Shown: piece by piece, positions 1-10,761 of the stretch
Layout of the letters: each line of letters starts with the position of its first letter
Position numbering within the stretch: position 1 is the first letter of the stretch
From: an uncultured virus (IMG/VR IMGVR_UViG_3300025325_000016)
Lineage: Duplodnaviria > Heunggongvirae > Uroviricota > Caudoviricetes
Virus record (IMG/VR): IMGVR_UViG_3300025325_000016
DNA: 64,000 nucleotides
Direction: 5' to 3' (one strand)
Made by a program: the position numbers and the translations under genes
Notes under the pieces: model-generated
Database searches by the model: none
Told to the model about the DNA's origin: nothing
The model's input: the letters and a program-made list of their open reading frames with translations, nothing else

Positions 1-403
1 CGGAGATATTGAACCGTTTTGCCAGGTAGTCCAGATCTATCGGGGTTTTCTTTGCCTGTGCTGAGGCCATCCAGTCTGACAGCATTTCAACTACGTCAAT
101 AATCGTCATACCATCAATGCCATTTCCGTAATACTCCGGGTGGTGGCGGTTGTTTTCGTAGTGATGTTTGAGTGCTTCGCCCATCGAGATCAGCGCTCTT
201 TTGTATTCCTCGCTGCCAAACTCCAGGCGCTTTAATTCTGGCGTCCAACGGTCAAACATTGATTTTTCTGGCTCTTTGAGCTTGCTGTTATCGTGAGTGT
301 ATGCGCGCTGTTTTAGTCGAGTGGCAAAGCTATTCAGCCAGTATTCGACCATTTCCTTGTGCTTCATCACGTCTTCACGGCAATCGTAAGGTTTATTTAT
401 CAT
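1..403 (-). CDS. DUF5662-like HD-superfamily phosphohydrolase (runs off the window edge)
   Basis: Translated by hand from ATG at 403: MINKPYDCREDVMKHKEMVEYW...THDNSKL...KHHYENNRHHPEYY...VEMLSDW. The H...HD...HH..HHPE...D pattern is typical of this phage family. Confidence 0.7.
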   Translation of the reverse strand, partial: MINKPYDCREDVMKHKEMVEYWLNSFATRLKQRAYTHDNSKLKEPEKSMFDRWTPELKRLEFGSEEYKRALISMGEALKHHYENNRHHPEYYGNGIDGMTIIDVVEMLSDWMASAQAKKTPIDLDYLAKRFNIS

Positions 404-583
404 TCAATCCTCTGCTTTCGTGCGCCGGATATAATTCCGACTGGTAACAACCTTATAGCCATCTCGAAATTCAACCAGGGCGCTATTCATCCTGCCACGT
501 ATCAATACTCTGCAAGGCTGCCCCTTGCGCTCTGGTAGCCTTGATCGAACCCGCCAATAATAGGGGTATCTTGTAGCAGTCAT
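404..583 (-). CDS. small basic hypothetical protein (59 aa)
   Basis: Translated by hand: MTATRYPYYWRVRSRLPERKGQPCRVLIRGRMNSALVEF... It abuts both neighbours. Confidence 0.6.
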   Translation of the reverse strand: MTATRYPYYWRVRSRLPERKGQPCRVLIRGRMNSALVEFRDGYKVVTSRNYIRRTKAED

Positions 584-2253
584 TCAATCCCCAATATTCG
601 ATGGAACTCCAGCCACTGCTCGGCAGACTTGTGAGAACAGCCAGGACTGATTGAGTGAGCTGCTGCCGTATAGTTACACCACGGGCAGACGTGTATCCCG
701 TCCTGGTATACCCACTCGACCTCCTCTACCACCGCTTTCAGCAACCCCTTGCACTCGTCCAGTTGTGTCTTTGTTTCAGCGGCGTTCTGCTCCATTTCCT
801 TATAACTCTCGACGGCCAGATTTATTTCATTCGCCATTCCGAGAGACTTGTGCCGTTCCTCTTGTACCTGCTGTTCAGCAATGTCTAGGGCGGCGATCAG
901 ATAAGCAGTATCGTGGCGATACCACATAAGATCATACACATTACTACCTGCAGATCTCTCCCGTATTTCAGCTAGTTCGTCCATCTTATCCTCCATGTTT
1001 CTCTAGCCACCCTATAGTAGCCTTGGCTAGCCATGTGGGATTAGTAGTTTTCATCCAGACCCATTGATTGGTGTCTGCGTCATACCACCAATTTGCATGA
1101 TTGAAATACTCCTCAGCCAGCTCCCGTAGGTGTGCCTTAGTCTCAGTGGCAAGCTGTTCAACAACTTCAGCACGTTCAATCCACTTTATTAGCTTGTCGT
1201 GGTCGCTTATAAATAGCCTCTCAGCTTCCTGCTTGGCCTCGTCGCATTTGAGCAGCAGCCCTTCCGTGAGTTCGGCGCGCCGCTCGGCAGCATCGAGGTC
1301 TTTCAGCAGCATACGGACAAAGACAATTCCCTGCCCTGCATTTTCATGGTTCTCTGACCACTTTCGTATCTTTTCTAGACTCTCTTCATTCATGTCGTTT
1401 CTCTCGTTTCCTGCCGTGTTTTGGTCATTAGGCTATCTAGATACCATTTTCTTTCCAGCACTTCTTACAATCATTCTCCAGGGTCTGAGAGAATTTGATC
1501 GCTTACATAAATCCAGACCTCGCTATCCCACGGAGGGCTTACATAGCACCAATCTGGACAGGTTGGGCCATCCCGCTCTTCATAGACCTCGGGATAAGCC
1601 CTAAACACATCGTCTTTCTTGTACCCTATCATGATCTCTTTATCTGGATAGAATATCATCCCATAATCCAGATCTACAAACTTGACCAGCTTCCATTCTC
1701 CTTTAGGAAGCTCAACCATATGCGTCCACGTAAACTTTTCGTATTCCATTTTTCATTCCTTCCTTTTCCATTGGTCTCCCTCTCGGGAGTAGGCAGTAGT
1801 CCAGTCTCTTGTGTTGTTCAAAATCTGCAGGAAGACGAAACCTTCATCCATTGGAGTTAGGACGTGATGATAGACGGTGTATTCTCCCTCGCTCCCCTTC
1901 ACCAACTGTTTCCCCATGACAAAGCCGCAGATATCAAAGGTCGGGTTGGTGCCCGTGACAACCATAAAGACATCCCCCCTGGGCCGGCTGATGTTATAGG
2001 ACGCCTGAGGCTCTTTAGACCAGATGACCTGTACCCGAGCATGGGTGCGCCCCACCAGTGGAACCACTGGCAGTGTGCCTCCCAGGTTTGGATACAGGTT
2101 GAGTGCTTTTGCCACAGCGAACTCCGCTCCCTTCTTAGAGCCGTCGACGGCGGTCATGGCCTCCCCTTCGGGTATGCCCAAGCCGTTGATAGCCTCGTTG
2201 AGCTCGATCATCTTGACGGTCATTGCCTCAGTAGGAGTTAGTTGTACGATCAT
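580..2253 (-). other. run of hypothetical ORFs (580-996, 986-1393, 1471-1749, 1753-2253)
   Basis: ORF track; co-oriented and closely packed. 580-996 has a coiled coil and a CPWC..C..H motif. Confidence 0.6.
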
Positions 2254-3095
2254 GGTCTTGGGATTGCTCCTATATTCGCAGTCTTGATCAGCTCACCGAC
2301 CATCGACCGACCTCCGATGAAGGCGATCGTGGTACTGTCTATTCCCCCATGCCTGAACTTACGGATACTGAACCGTTTCTTGTCAGGCAAAATGCCCCCT
2401 GAACCGTTGTCGATGTTGGCTATCTCACAGATAAGGTCTCCGTCCCGGTCGGGGTCACGAGATCCCAGGACATTGTTCTCGTCATTCAGTTGGGCGGCGG
2501 CGATCACGCAGTGCCGCTTTTTGGTGTAATGGCCCTTGGCAAGCCTGTTGAGGAACTTGCTGCCAGCCGATACTTGCTCGGTCATGGTCTTGCCTGCCAT
2601 GAGCATAAGCTGCAGGTAGTCCAGGATCACGACATCCGGCATTATTTGCTTGACAGCATCTGCGATAGTATCCTCAGTGTACAGCCCCCAGGCCCACATC
2701 CCGTTGAAAGTCTGCATCTGCTGAGCGGCGGCGTACACGTTCGGCCAGTCGGTCTGCGTCAGGGCGATGTCCCTGAACTTGGTGCGGTTGATATCTTCCA
2801 GATTGGAAAAGATCCGCTGTGCAACTGTGTACAGGTTTTCCTCTAAGGAGATATACAAGAACGATACTCCGTCCCTTCCGAACTGTGTCGCTGCGGTCGA
2901 CAGGACGCTGGTCTTGCCGATCCCGGCCTTTCCATAGACATAGCACATCCACCCCGGCGTCCATCCACCAGTCTGTTTCATAAACCAGGGCATCGGGAAA
3001 CGGAAACCCCTGAACTTGTCCGGGTCTGCGTGTCTCTCCTGCTGGTCTTTGACAAAGCCATCAGCGAGCGTCTTGCTGTCGACGATGGTGCTCAT
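2250..3095 (-). CDS. DnaB-like replicative helicase, RecA-fold ATPase domain only
   Basis: Walker A GKAGIGKT, YISLEE, VILDYLQLM (DnaB H2), AAAQLN (H3), RKFRHG (H4). Confidence 0.85.
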   Translation of the reverse strand: MSTIVDSKTLADGFVKDQQERHADPDKFRGFRFPMPWFMKQTGGWTPGWMCYVYGKAGIGKTSVLSTAATQFGRDGVSFLYISLEENLYTVAQRIFSNLEDINRTKFRDIALTQTDWPNVYAAAQQMQTFNGMWAWGLYTEDTIADAVKQIMPDVVILDYLQLMLMAGKTMTEQVSAGSKFLNRLAKGHYTKKRHCVIAAAQLNDENNVLGSRDPDRDGDLICEIANIDNGSGGILPDKKRFSIRKFRHGGIDSTTIAFIGGRSMVGELIKTANIGAIPRP

Positions 3096-4012
3096 CGTCT
3101 TTTATTCCTGAAGTCCATACCTGTAAAGACAATCCACTCGGCTATCTCGGTATCGGTCATGCGTGACCCTATCCGGGAGACACCTTCGTCCCGCACGAAG
3201 CGAGCCTTGATGTCCTTCTGGCGGATATTGGTAGCAGCCACGGTCAGCGTGTCCCACCAGTGTGCCTTGCGAGAGCGGAACTCGATCAGGGCATCCAGTT
3301 TCGCCGTAATCCAGTCACTGGCATACTCCATACCGATGTCGTCGAACACCAGAATTGGGTGGAACATCAGTGCATCCATATAGATCTGGATCTTGCCGCC
3401 GCCTTCATCCAGATAGCGCCTGAGGCGGCTCTCGAAATCACTGGCGACCACGTACATGGCATAGGGATACCATGCGCCCATGATGGCATTTAGCATATGG
3501 GTCTTGCCAGTACCGGTCGGCCCGGAGTAGACCAGCCACTTATCGGGCCTGGCTATCCATCTTTCCGTCCTGTCGATGCCAGCCTGTAAACGCTTGATGT
3601 CATCCGGGTTAGCCCCGGCAATCTCCATATCGTCCAGCGATTGGCGAGACCAGTCGCTGCCCCATTCATAGCAATTGTTCCTGAGCTCATTGGCATACTG
3701 TAGCAGCCAGCACAGGCAATAGTAGTAGCCAAATTCATCGGTGCGGGCACCGGCGCCATCACACATTCCACAGTAGTCCGTGTTATAAACATGCTCCTGC
3801 GCACTTAGATAGTCTGAGTGTTTACCTCCCCACTCGTACCCGTTTGCCTTGAGCAGCGGCCCGATCCAGGCATATTCCTTGATCCGGCCAGCCAGGACAT
3901 CCCTCCAGAAGTTCAGAGACTGTACCCTGGACGGGATCTCGATCTCATCACGCAGGATTGTTCTACCAGGTGATATCGTCTGCGTATCCACTTCTATCCT
4001 CGATTGGTTCAC
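3092..4012 (-). CDS. DnaC/IstB-like AAA+ ATPase (helicase loader)
   Basis: Zn motif CGMC...CLC, Walker A GPTGTGKT, Walker B LVFDDIG, ATN and RIGSR motifs; adjacent to the helicase gene. Confidence 0.85.
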   Translation of the reverse strand: MNQSRIEVDTQTISPGRTILRDEIEIPSRVQSLNFWRDVLAGRIKEYAWIGPLLKANGYEWGGKHSDYLSAQEHVYNTDYCGMCDGAGARTDEFGYYYCLCWLLQYANELRNNCYEWGSDWSRQSLDDMEIAGANPDDIKRLQAGIDRTERWIARPDKWLVYSGPTGTGKTHMLNAIMGAWYPYAMYVVASDFESRLRRYLDEGGGKIQIYMDALMFHPILVFDDIGMEYASDWITAKLDALIEFRSRKAHWWDTLTVAATNIRQKDIKARFVRDEGVSRIGSRMTDTEIAEWIVFTGMDFRNKRR

Positions 4013-4340
4013 CCTTGTAGTAGCGGGTGAGGTTATCAGGATTACGAATGGCGCTGATCAATGCGTCCAGTATGATGACAGTCCTCTGTTTGTTCTTCTT
4101 GGCACACCACTCGAATACCTGTTTGAGATATTCTTGTGGATACTTTGGGCTGCTGCCCGTTGATCTGCTTTCGATGGCACGCAGACGCTTGGCCTGGGCT
4201 TCGCTCTTGAAGTGTACTCGACCGGTCAGCTTGAGAGCTTTCTTCTCAAACTCAGTGACCGGATACATCCAGTCGTTGTCGCCAAAATCGTCGGGATCGA
4301 CGTAGTGGGGCTCTTCAGGAATTATCTCCTTGGGTACCAT
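3963..4340 (-). CDS. hypothetical protein, possibly replication-initiator related
   Basis: Helical 125-aa ORF directly upstream of the loader and helicase; function inferred from position only. Confidence 0.4.
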   Translation of the reverse strand: MVPKEIIPEEPHYVDPDDFGDNDWMYPVTEFEKKALKLTGRVHFKSEAQAKRLRAIESRSTGSSPKYPQEYLKQVFEWCAKKNKQRTVIILDALISAIRNPDNLTRYYKGEPIEDRSGYADDITW

Positions 4341-5365
4341 CTTCTCTGGTTCTTCCTCAATGCCCTCTGCGCAGCCGGGTTGTTCTTGGGCAGTACACCC
4401 ACACGCACCAGGGCACCGATCAGTTCCGAGGCGCCCTTGTCGCCCATGTTACTAGGCTCGCCTCTCAACATTCTCATGCCAATAATGAGGTTCGTTTTCA
4501 GCACCTTCAGCTCTTCTTGTGCTTCCGGGCTGAGCTCCCTGAAACACTCTTCAAATGCTCTGAGATCGTCGTTCATCGTATAGTTTCTTCCCGCAGAACG
4601 GACAGTAGACAAGTGCTATATGTGTATAGCGCATGGTATTCAGATCCAGGGTACGGCCATCCTGTTCGTATAGCCGTACCATCCACAGGTCATGTATGTC
4701 GGACTTGACGAACGGAAACAGGTAGCCCGATGTATACAGGTGCTCCAGCGCACCACAGCAAACTTTCCCAGGATAGTCTTCAGGATTGAAGGGTACGATT
4801 GGCATCAATTCTCAGTGCAATACCGGTGATAACGAACCAGAAAATAAAAGGATCAAGCTCCAGCCTAATCAAGAGCAGTGTCACTCCGAGTAAGCTGAGT
4901 TGCAGGTTCAGTGGCATTGTCGCCAGATCCCTCTTCAGTTGATTGTCGGTCTGGAACCCCAAGAGTATTCGCATACTCGTTCGTCCTCAGCACATTCACT
5001 CGGCATTCCATGAAATGGAACCTGTTGGCGTCGCACTTCCATCCCCATCTGACACCAACAAGCCCATCCCATGTCCGATCTCGCTGCACCGCTTCCCCGC
5101 AGATTGGGCATTTCTCAGGAAACTCATCACGAGCTTTGTCATTCAGCCATTCCTGCTTGAGCAGCATAGCATACGTCCACCAAGAGTCCGGATAAAACTC
5201 AGTCAGGCCAGCCCTCCGCATGACACCTTTTACCCTGTCCTTATCGAAGTTGAAACAGCTCTCTGCCCACTCGTACAGAGCTTCAGGTGTAGGGGGCAAC
5301 GCATCTATTCTGTCAGGTACTCGGCGTCCTTCAGTGCTGTGACCTTGCTCCCACCATCGAGACAT
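4322..5365 (-). other. hypothetical ORFs (4322-4612; 4551-4808 with CC...YCPFCG Zn finger; 4865-5365 with CPIC motif)
   Basis: ORF track and Cys motifs. Confidence 0.55.
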
Positions 5366-5368
5366 TGT

Positions 5369-6286
5369 TTAGCTTCCGGTATCGGATTCCTCGTGGAGCT
5401 CAAGGATATTTACCTTGGCGCTGTCAGGGATTTCAGGTTCCTCTCGTGTCATGGAGACTTTCAGCTCGGCGATAAACCCAGGCCAGTCCATTACCCACTT
5501 GGGGTTGAGACCCTGAAGCCGCTGCTTTGGCTGTAGGGGGTTGACCGATCCGTGAGGGGGGTCGGTCTTGTTGACATCCCGATCCAGAAATACAACCATG
5601 TCAAAGTAGCGCATCCACACGTCCCAAATCTTCGCCTTCTGGCCGATGACCTTGGCCTTGCTGGTGCCATAATCCGTCCAGACGTTAGCCTCCTCGGAGG
5701 TTGCTACCAGGTGCACTCCCTGTTTCATGGCCTCCATGATGAAAGCCTTGGGGATCGCCTTGGCAGAGTTCCAGAACGTGGGGTCTTTCTGGTATCCCCA
5801 CTTCTGGATCTGACTGTCAAAGGGCAGGGCACTGGCGGCGCCGAAGCTCTTGAACAGTTCCCGGACGAATGCAACATTAGTGGCATTCGCCTGCAGTCCA
5901 GAAACGATGTTGTCCTGGAAGATGGCGACGTTATCGAACACGCACACGCTGATGTCCGAGGTACCAGTCTTGATCCTCTGGTAGACCTCACCGATATCGT
6001 GTAGAGTAGGGTAGATGTAGCGCTTCATCCTAAAGCGCTGTTTGCGAGGAGTGTAGATATCCACCCCGGTCTCCGTCGCATCTATGTATGCCATACTGTC
6101 CTCGAAGTCGAAGACAGTTCGCTGCTTATCCTCCGGTGTAGGGAAGGAGGCGGCAGCAACGGACTTCCCCGATCCGGTTGGCCCCGAGAAGACGATGCGC
6201 CATGTCCGGAAGTTGGGGTACTTGCCCATGATCGTGTTCATAAGTTCGTTGTAGTCAGTAGAGATGTCGGCCATCTTTTTCCTCAT
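5369..6286 (-). CDS. AAA_24 / Sak4-like ATPase (putative ssDNA-annealing recombination protein)
   Basis: Walker A GPTGSGKS, VFDFED, VCVFDN, YFDMVVFL; size and layout resemble Sak4/AAA_24. Confidence 0.65.
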   Translation of the reverse strand: MRKKMADISTDYNELMNTIMGKYPNFRTWRIVFSGPTGSGKSVAAASFPTPEDKQRTVFDFEDSMAYIDATETGVDIYTPRKQRFRMKRYIYPTLHDIGEVYQRIKTGTSDISVCVFDNVAIFQDNIVSGLQANATNVAFVRELFKSFGAASALPFDSQIQKWGYQKDPTFWNSAKAIPKAFIMEAMKQGVHLVATSEEANVWTDYGTSKAKVIGQKAKIWDVWMRYFDMVVFLDRDVNKTDPPHGSVNPLQPKQRLQGLNPKWVMDWPGFIAELKVSMTREEPEIPDSAKVNILELHEESDTGS

Positions 6287-6305
6287 GTCTTTGAAAGATT
6301 ACAGC

Positions 6306-6314
6306 AGTATACCA
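6306..6314 (-). promoter_or_regulatory. extended -10 promoter candidate (TGGTATACT)
   Basis: TGnTATACT in the intergenic gap about 20 nt upstream of the AAA gene. Confidence 0.45.
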
Positions 6315-6325
6315 CTAACATAGGG

Positions 6326-9300
6326 TTATGGATAGGAATAGCCGTGAGCCTTGCGATAGTGCTTTTGCTTCTTGCTAGCCTTTGCTATCGCAGCCTCATG
6401 ACCGCTGTCACCACATCCGAACGCCCCCCGGTACCCGAGATAGGTACTCAGCAAACCGCATTCCACCCCCATACGGCTCAGACTGTCTGAGGCTCTTTGA
6501 GCATCGACATCCCCAGCTTGCTCCAGCTCGTCGAAGATCTCGTCCCACTTCCACCTGTTCGGGGGCAATTCCAGCGCTTTCAGTATGATTCTCTTGATAT
6601 CCTCATCGTTAGGCATTCTGTTTCATTCGTTCCCTTGCATATTTCACCAGCCCGCTGAACGGATTGGGCTGGCGATCGTTTAGCAACCTGTTCAGCATGA
6701 CCCACTGTGCGGCGTGGTACCCGAACATCCAGAACTTGTACCCCGCCAGAGCCCTCCAGGCTCTTTCCTCAGCTATGACCCGCTCGGTCTCTGTGGTTGA
6801 AGTATCGGTCATTCCGTCCCTACAATTTCTACCGCCAGCTTATAGCCTGTCTTGAAGGTTATCTTCAGATGGGCTACTGACTCGCACTCCAGCAGCAGTG
6901 CAATCCAAGGATACTTCTTGAGCGCCTCTTCTGTCGTTGAGAAGTTCTCCCATTGTTCAGTTTCGCCTTGAGGGTTCTTGACTGTTACCCGTATCATTGC
7001 GATCGTCACTTGCTCCTTCTCATTCTGCAATAGAATGGCAGGCTATCCTTGCACCCCCGGTAGGATGTGCTCCAATCGGAGCTTCCTACAGGAGCAGACC
7101 CATTCGGATATGACCAGCTCCAACGCCAGATCTCGAAGTCGTAGCTTCGATCGCTCAGCCAAATACATGCTCTTCGACCTGTCTTAGGATCTGTACCTTC
7201 CCAGGTTGCTCCGATTGGATGCTCACTCATGCAATTATCCCTCGTACCTAGCGGGTCTCTTGCTCTTCCAGATACTTAAGATACTTCTTGGTCTCGTGGA
7301 TCTCGACCGGCATACCCATCGGGTTATGGGCGATAGTTGCCTTCATTTGCTCCCAATCGGCAGCGAGGCACAGTGTTGATTCGATATCAAGACGCCTGTC
7401 TGCCAGGTAGAGAAAGCCGGACATCCCAACATAATGGTGGTTGTATCCACCAATGTCCTCTTCCACAAAATCAGATCTCTGTACTAGGACTATCTTGTTC
7501 TGTTTGTTCATCTTCGTTATCCCATTCATCAATATCTTTGAACGTAGCCTCGGTCACGCCCACGCCCCATTCATAGGCAGTCTTGCAGGTCTCGCACAGC
7601 ATGGTGCCGGTCTCTTCGACGAAACAGGTTGCATCATTATCACAGTTACTGCAGTAATGCTCATACTCAAGGCTATCCATCGAGAATATTCTCTATTTCA
7701 TCCAGGCAGGTACAGATATCGGTAAGCTTCTCGCCGTATTGCTCCAGCTGATTTTCCATGTTACCCCCGACTACCCATGATAGAGGCTCCTGGACAATTC
7801 TCCTGACCTCCCCGACCTTATTACTCAGCTCATTCAGCTTGAGTCGCAGTGTTGTAAAATCAGTGCTGGATGGATATGACTCCACCCAATCGAGTAACTG
7901 AATTAGTCTCATGCTAGATGCTCGGTTCCGAAAGAGGATGCCAGATAAAGCGATCTCGCTTTCCCTCAAGATAGATTGATCGTCGCTCATTCTCAAGCCA
8001 CTTATCGCCATCTCTATCCACGACTATATAGCCTACAGTGTAGACTCTCTTTTTGACCTCTATCTCTGATACTATTATCAGAGCTCCGGTTTCGGGCATT
8101 TCATCTTCTATTCTTTTCCACATTATGTACTCGCTTCTTTGCTACAGTTGCAAGGTCTCTTTATTCTCTTGCCCCGGATGACGATCTCCATCATCCCGGT
8201 ATCACTACACCATTTACAGCAGAAGAGGGACACCTGCTTTGGGCTTACTTCAAAGATGGGCATACTCTCTTGAACATTCTGCGGGGTCTGGCTGAACAGT
8301 GGTAAGTCGCTGGCAGTAGCTCCAAACATATCGGTCTGCTTAGTCATTAACCAATTATTGCGCCATAGCGCCCGTCAGGGCTGGTCATCTTGATGTGCCC
8401 ATATGGAGATGCTTCCAGCTTCCAGTCTTCCGGGACAAGAGTACCGTACAGGCAGAACTCCCACCATGCAGGCATATGATAGGAAGCTCGGCCAGGGATA
8501 TTCTCCCCGGTGAGAAAGAAATCCCAACCAGCATTTTCTCCAAGCACCGGGTCAGCGATACAGATCAGGAGCAGTGCGCTCTGGTGGTTCACCCAAAAGC
8601 GGGTCTCCCACCGGCTACGGGCATACTCAATCAGGTTCAGCACCCCGCTCTGATCAAATCCTCTTGAGGGAAACGAGTGTGCGCAGTAAGACATGGATGG
8701 GATCTTCAGAGCAACCCGGAACTCCTCCATCTTGCGCAGGCGACTGAGGAACGCATCCATATTAAAGGTAACCTCAACCTGTCTATCTACAATATGAGGG
8801 CCTGGCTTGACAAGCTCCCCGGTATGCAGATCCAGGATTGTTCCTGCATAGAGATCGTTATCGGTGTAGAGATTGGGGTGGATATACTCACTCGTCATCT
8901 TTACCTTCCTCAGGGAATGGCGGGTTCTCGTAGATCGGATCGTCGTTCAGATAGACACGGAGGATCGGGCCCTGGTTAGGGTCTTGATCCTGCAGGTTCT
9001 CTGTGCGGATTTCAATTACCGCCACTCCATCGATACCCCAAAAGACATCGATAGTGAGATCAGGGGCATTCTCGATGTCTTCTGGAGAACAGCTCTCTTT
9101 AGCAGATATTTGTATACCTGGAAACTTATTCTTAATCGTTATATTCATTATCTGTCTGTCTCTGCTCTATCAGTGCGTCCAGTGCGTCCTCGAGATTCTT
9201 GCCTCGGTAAAGCGTCTTGTTTTTCTTGGCATAAGGCTTTCTCTCAAGGACGAGCCACTCGTTGAACCACCATACCATCCAGCGGTCGCCGTAGGTCAGC

Positions 9301-10677
9301 CTGACATCCAGAGCTTCTCGCTTTAGGGCTTCTTCTATAGTCATTGATATTTCTCGGAAGTCCAGGGGCCTGTACGCTTATACAGGTCGTAGCCCTTACC
9401 TGCAAGTCCAACGAAGATGCGCCTGGCGAGAACGGGCATGTGATGATAGGCAAGTCCCAAAGGAACACCATCCTTCAGAGGAGGCCGGACGATGATTGCC
9501 TTCGACCACTCGTTATCGGCAATGCGTACTGTCAGCAGGTTATTGCTGGCGAGGATGTATTCGCTGAGCTCCCATTTCTCCTCTCGCCCGAAAGACTTGG
9601 GTAGCAGATTCCAAACATCATCCTGGAGCTGCTGCACCCAACTGTCATATAGGGCCTGCACTGTCCAGGCATCTACATTCCTCTTGTCTTCCTCGGTGAA
9701 GAATTGAGGGATGTCCACATACACCATCTCAAAGTCAGAGACGTGCTCATCAAAGGGGCAATAGTTACCTTTTCCCATTTTATTTCTTGACTATCTTCAG
9801 CTTGCCTAAAGCCAGGTCGGTCAGCATGGCGCTGACTGCCATCATCATGCCTGAGCGCTGAGTGTTCAGATACTTGTCCATGCGTTCCGGATAGGCATAG
9901 CCAAGCTCCTTAGCCATGCCATACAGGGTGAGGGTTGCCTGAAAGGTCTCACCATCCGGGATCTGCAGGTTGAGCATCAGTATCGCCATTATTCCACCAC
10001 CAGGATGGCGCCAAGCTTGAGCAGGTCGTTATACTCATCGACCTTACAGCGTGCCAGAGAGACCTCCAGCTTGGTAGCCTCGACGGTCTTCTGAACTTCC
10101 TCATATCCGTGCATGAAGTCGGGGAAAGCAGCACGCAGCTTGGCATCCTGCTCCAGGTTGGAGCGTCCCGGCTTGAACTCCGGGTCTCTCAGCAGCTCGG
10201 CCCACTTCTCGGTCTTTTCGATCTCGGCTTCGCCGAAACGCTGGACGGCATCGAATGCCTCCTCGATAGCCACAGCCAAGGCGTTATGAGCGTCAGTGAT
10301 GTCAGTAAAGGTGATAGGCATTTGTACTATAGTCATGATCTGGATTTCTCCTTACGAAAGGAAATCAGTCCTCCCCACATGGGAACCAACGACTTCGCCA
10401 TTCCGGGGATCTTGAAAGAGAGTGTTCCTGGAGCAACGTCAAAAGTAATGCTGCCATTGTCTCCCTGGGCAGTGTAATAGTTTACTGTCCAGTTCTCGCC
10501 AAAGCCAGCTTCGACATAGCACTTGAGACAGTAGTCATTCGAGGCGTAAGTGCTGTAAACATCCGGATCAGGAACCCGAATGCAGTTATCACATACAGGC
10601 TGGCCGCATACGCAGCAAACCCCATCTTCATCAGCGGTCAGTGATTTCCTGCAACAACAACAATCCATTTTATCCAT
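6326..10677 (-). other. dense run of about 16 small hypothetical ORFs
   Basis: ORF track, e.g. 6326-6616, 6609-6812, 6809-7030, 7006-7230, 8347-8898, 8888-9148, 9341-9778, 9989-10336, 10333-10677. Start/stop codons overlap and several are Cys-rich. Confidence 0.6.
6477..6491. repeat. dispersed palindrome copy CTCAGAC-T-GTCTGAG
   Basis: Read directly; inside ORF 6326-6616. Confidence 0.95.
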
Positions 10678-10761
10678 TTTATTTTAGGGTCAACGCAACA
10701 GCGATCGCAATCAGGGATACAGTAATGACAATGGCGATATAGAAAGTGGTTGCCCGTATCA

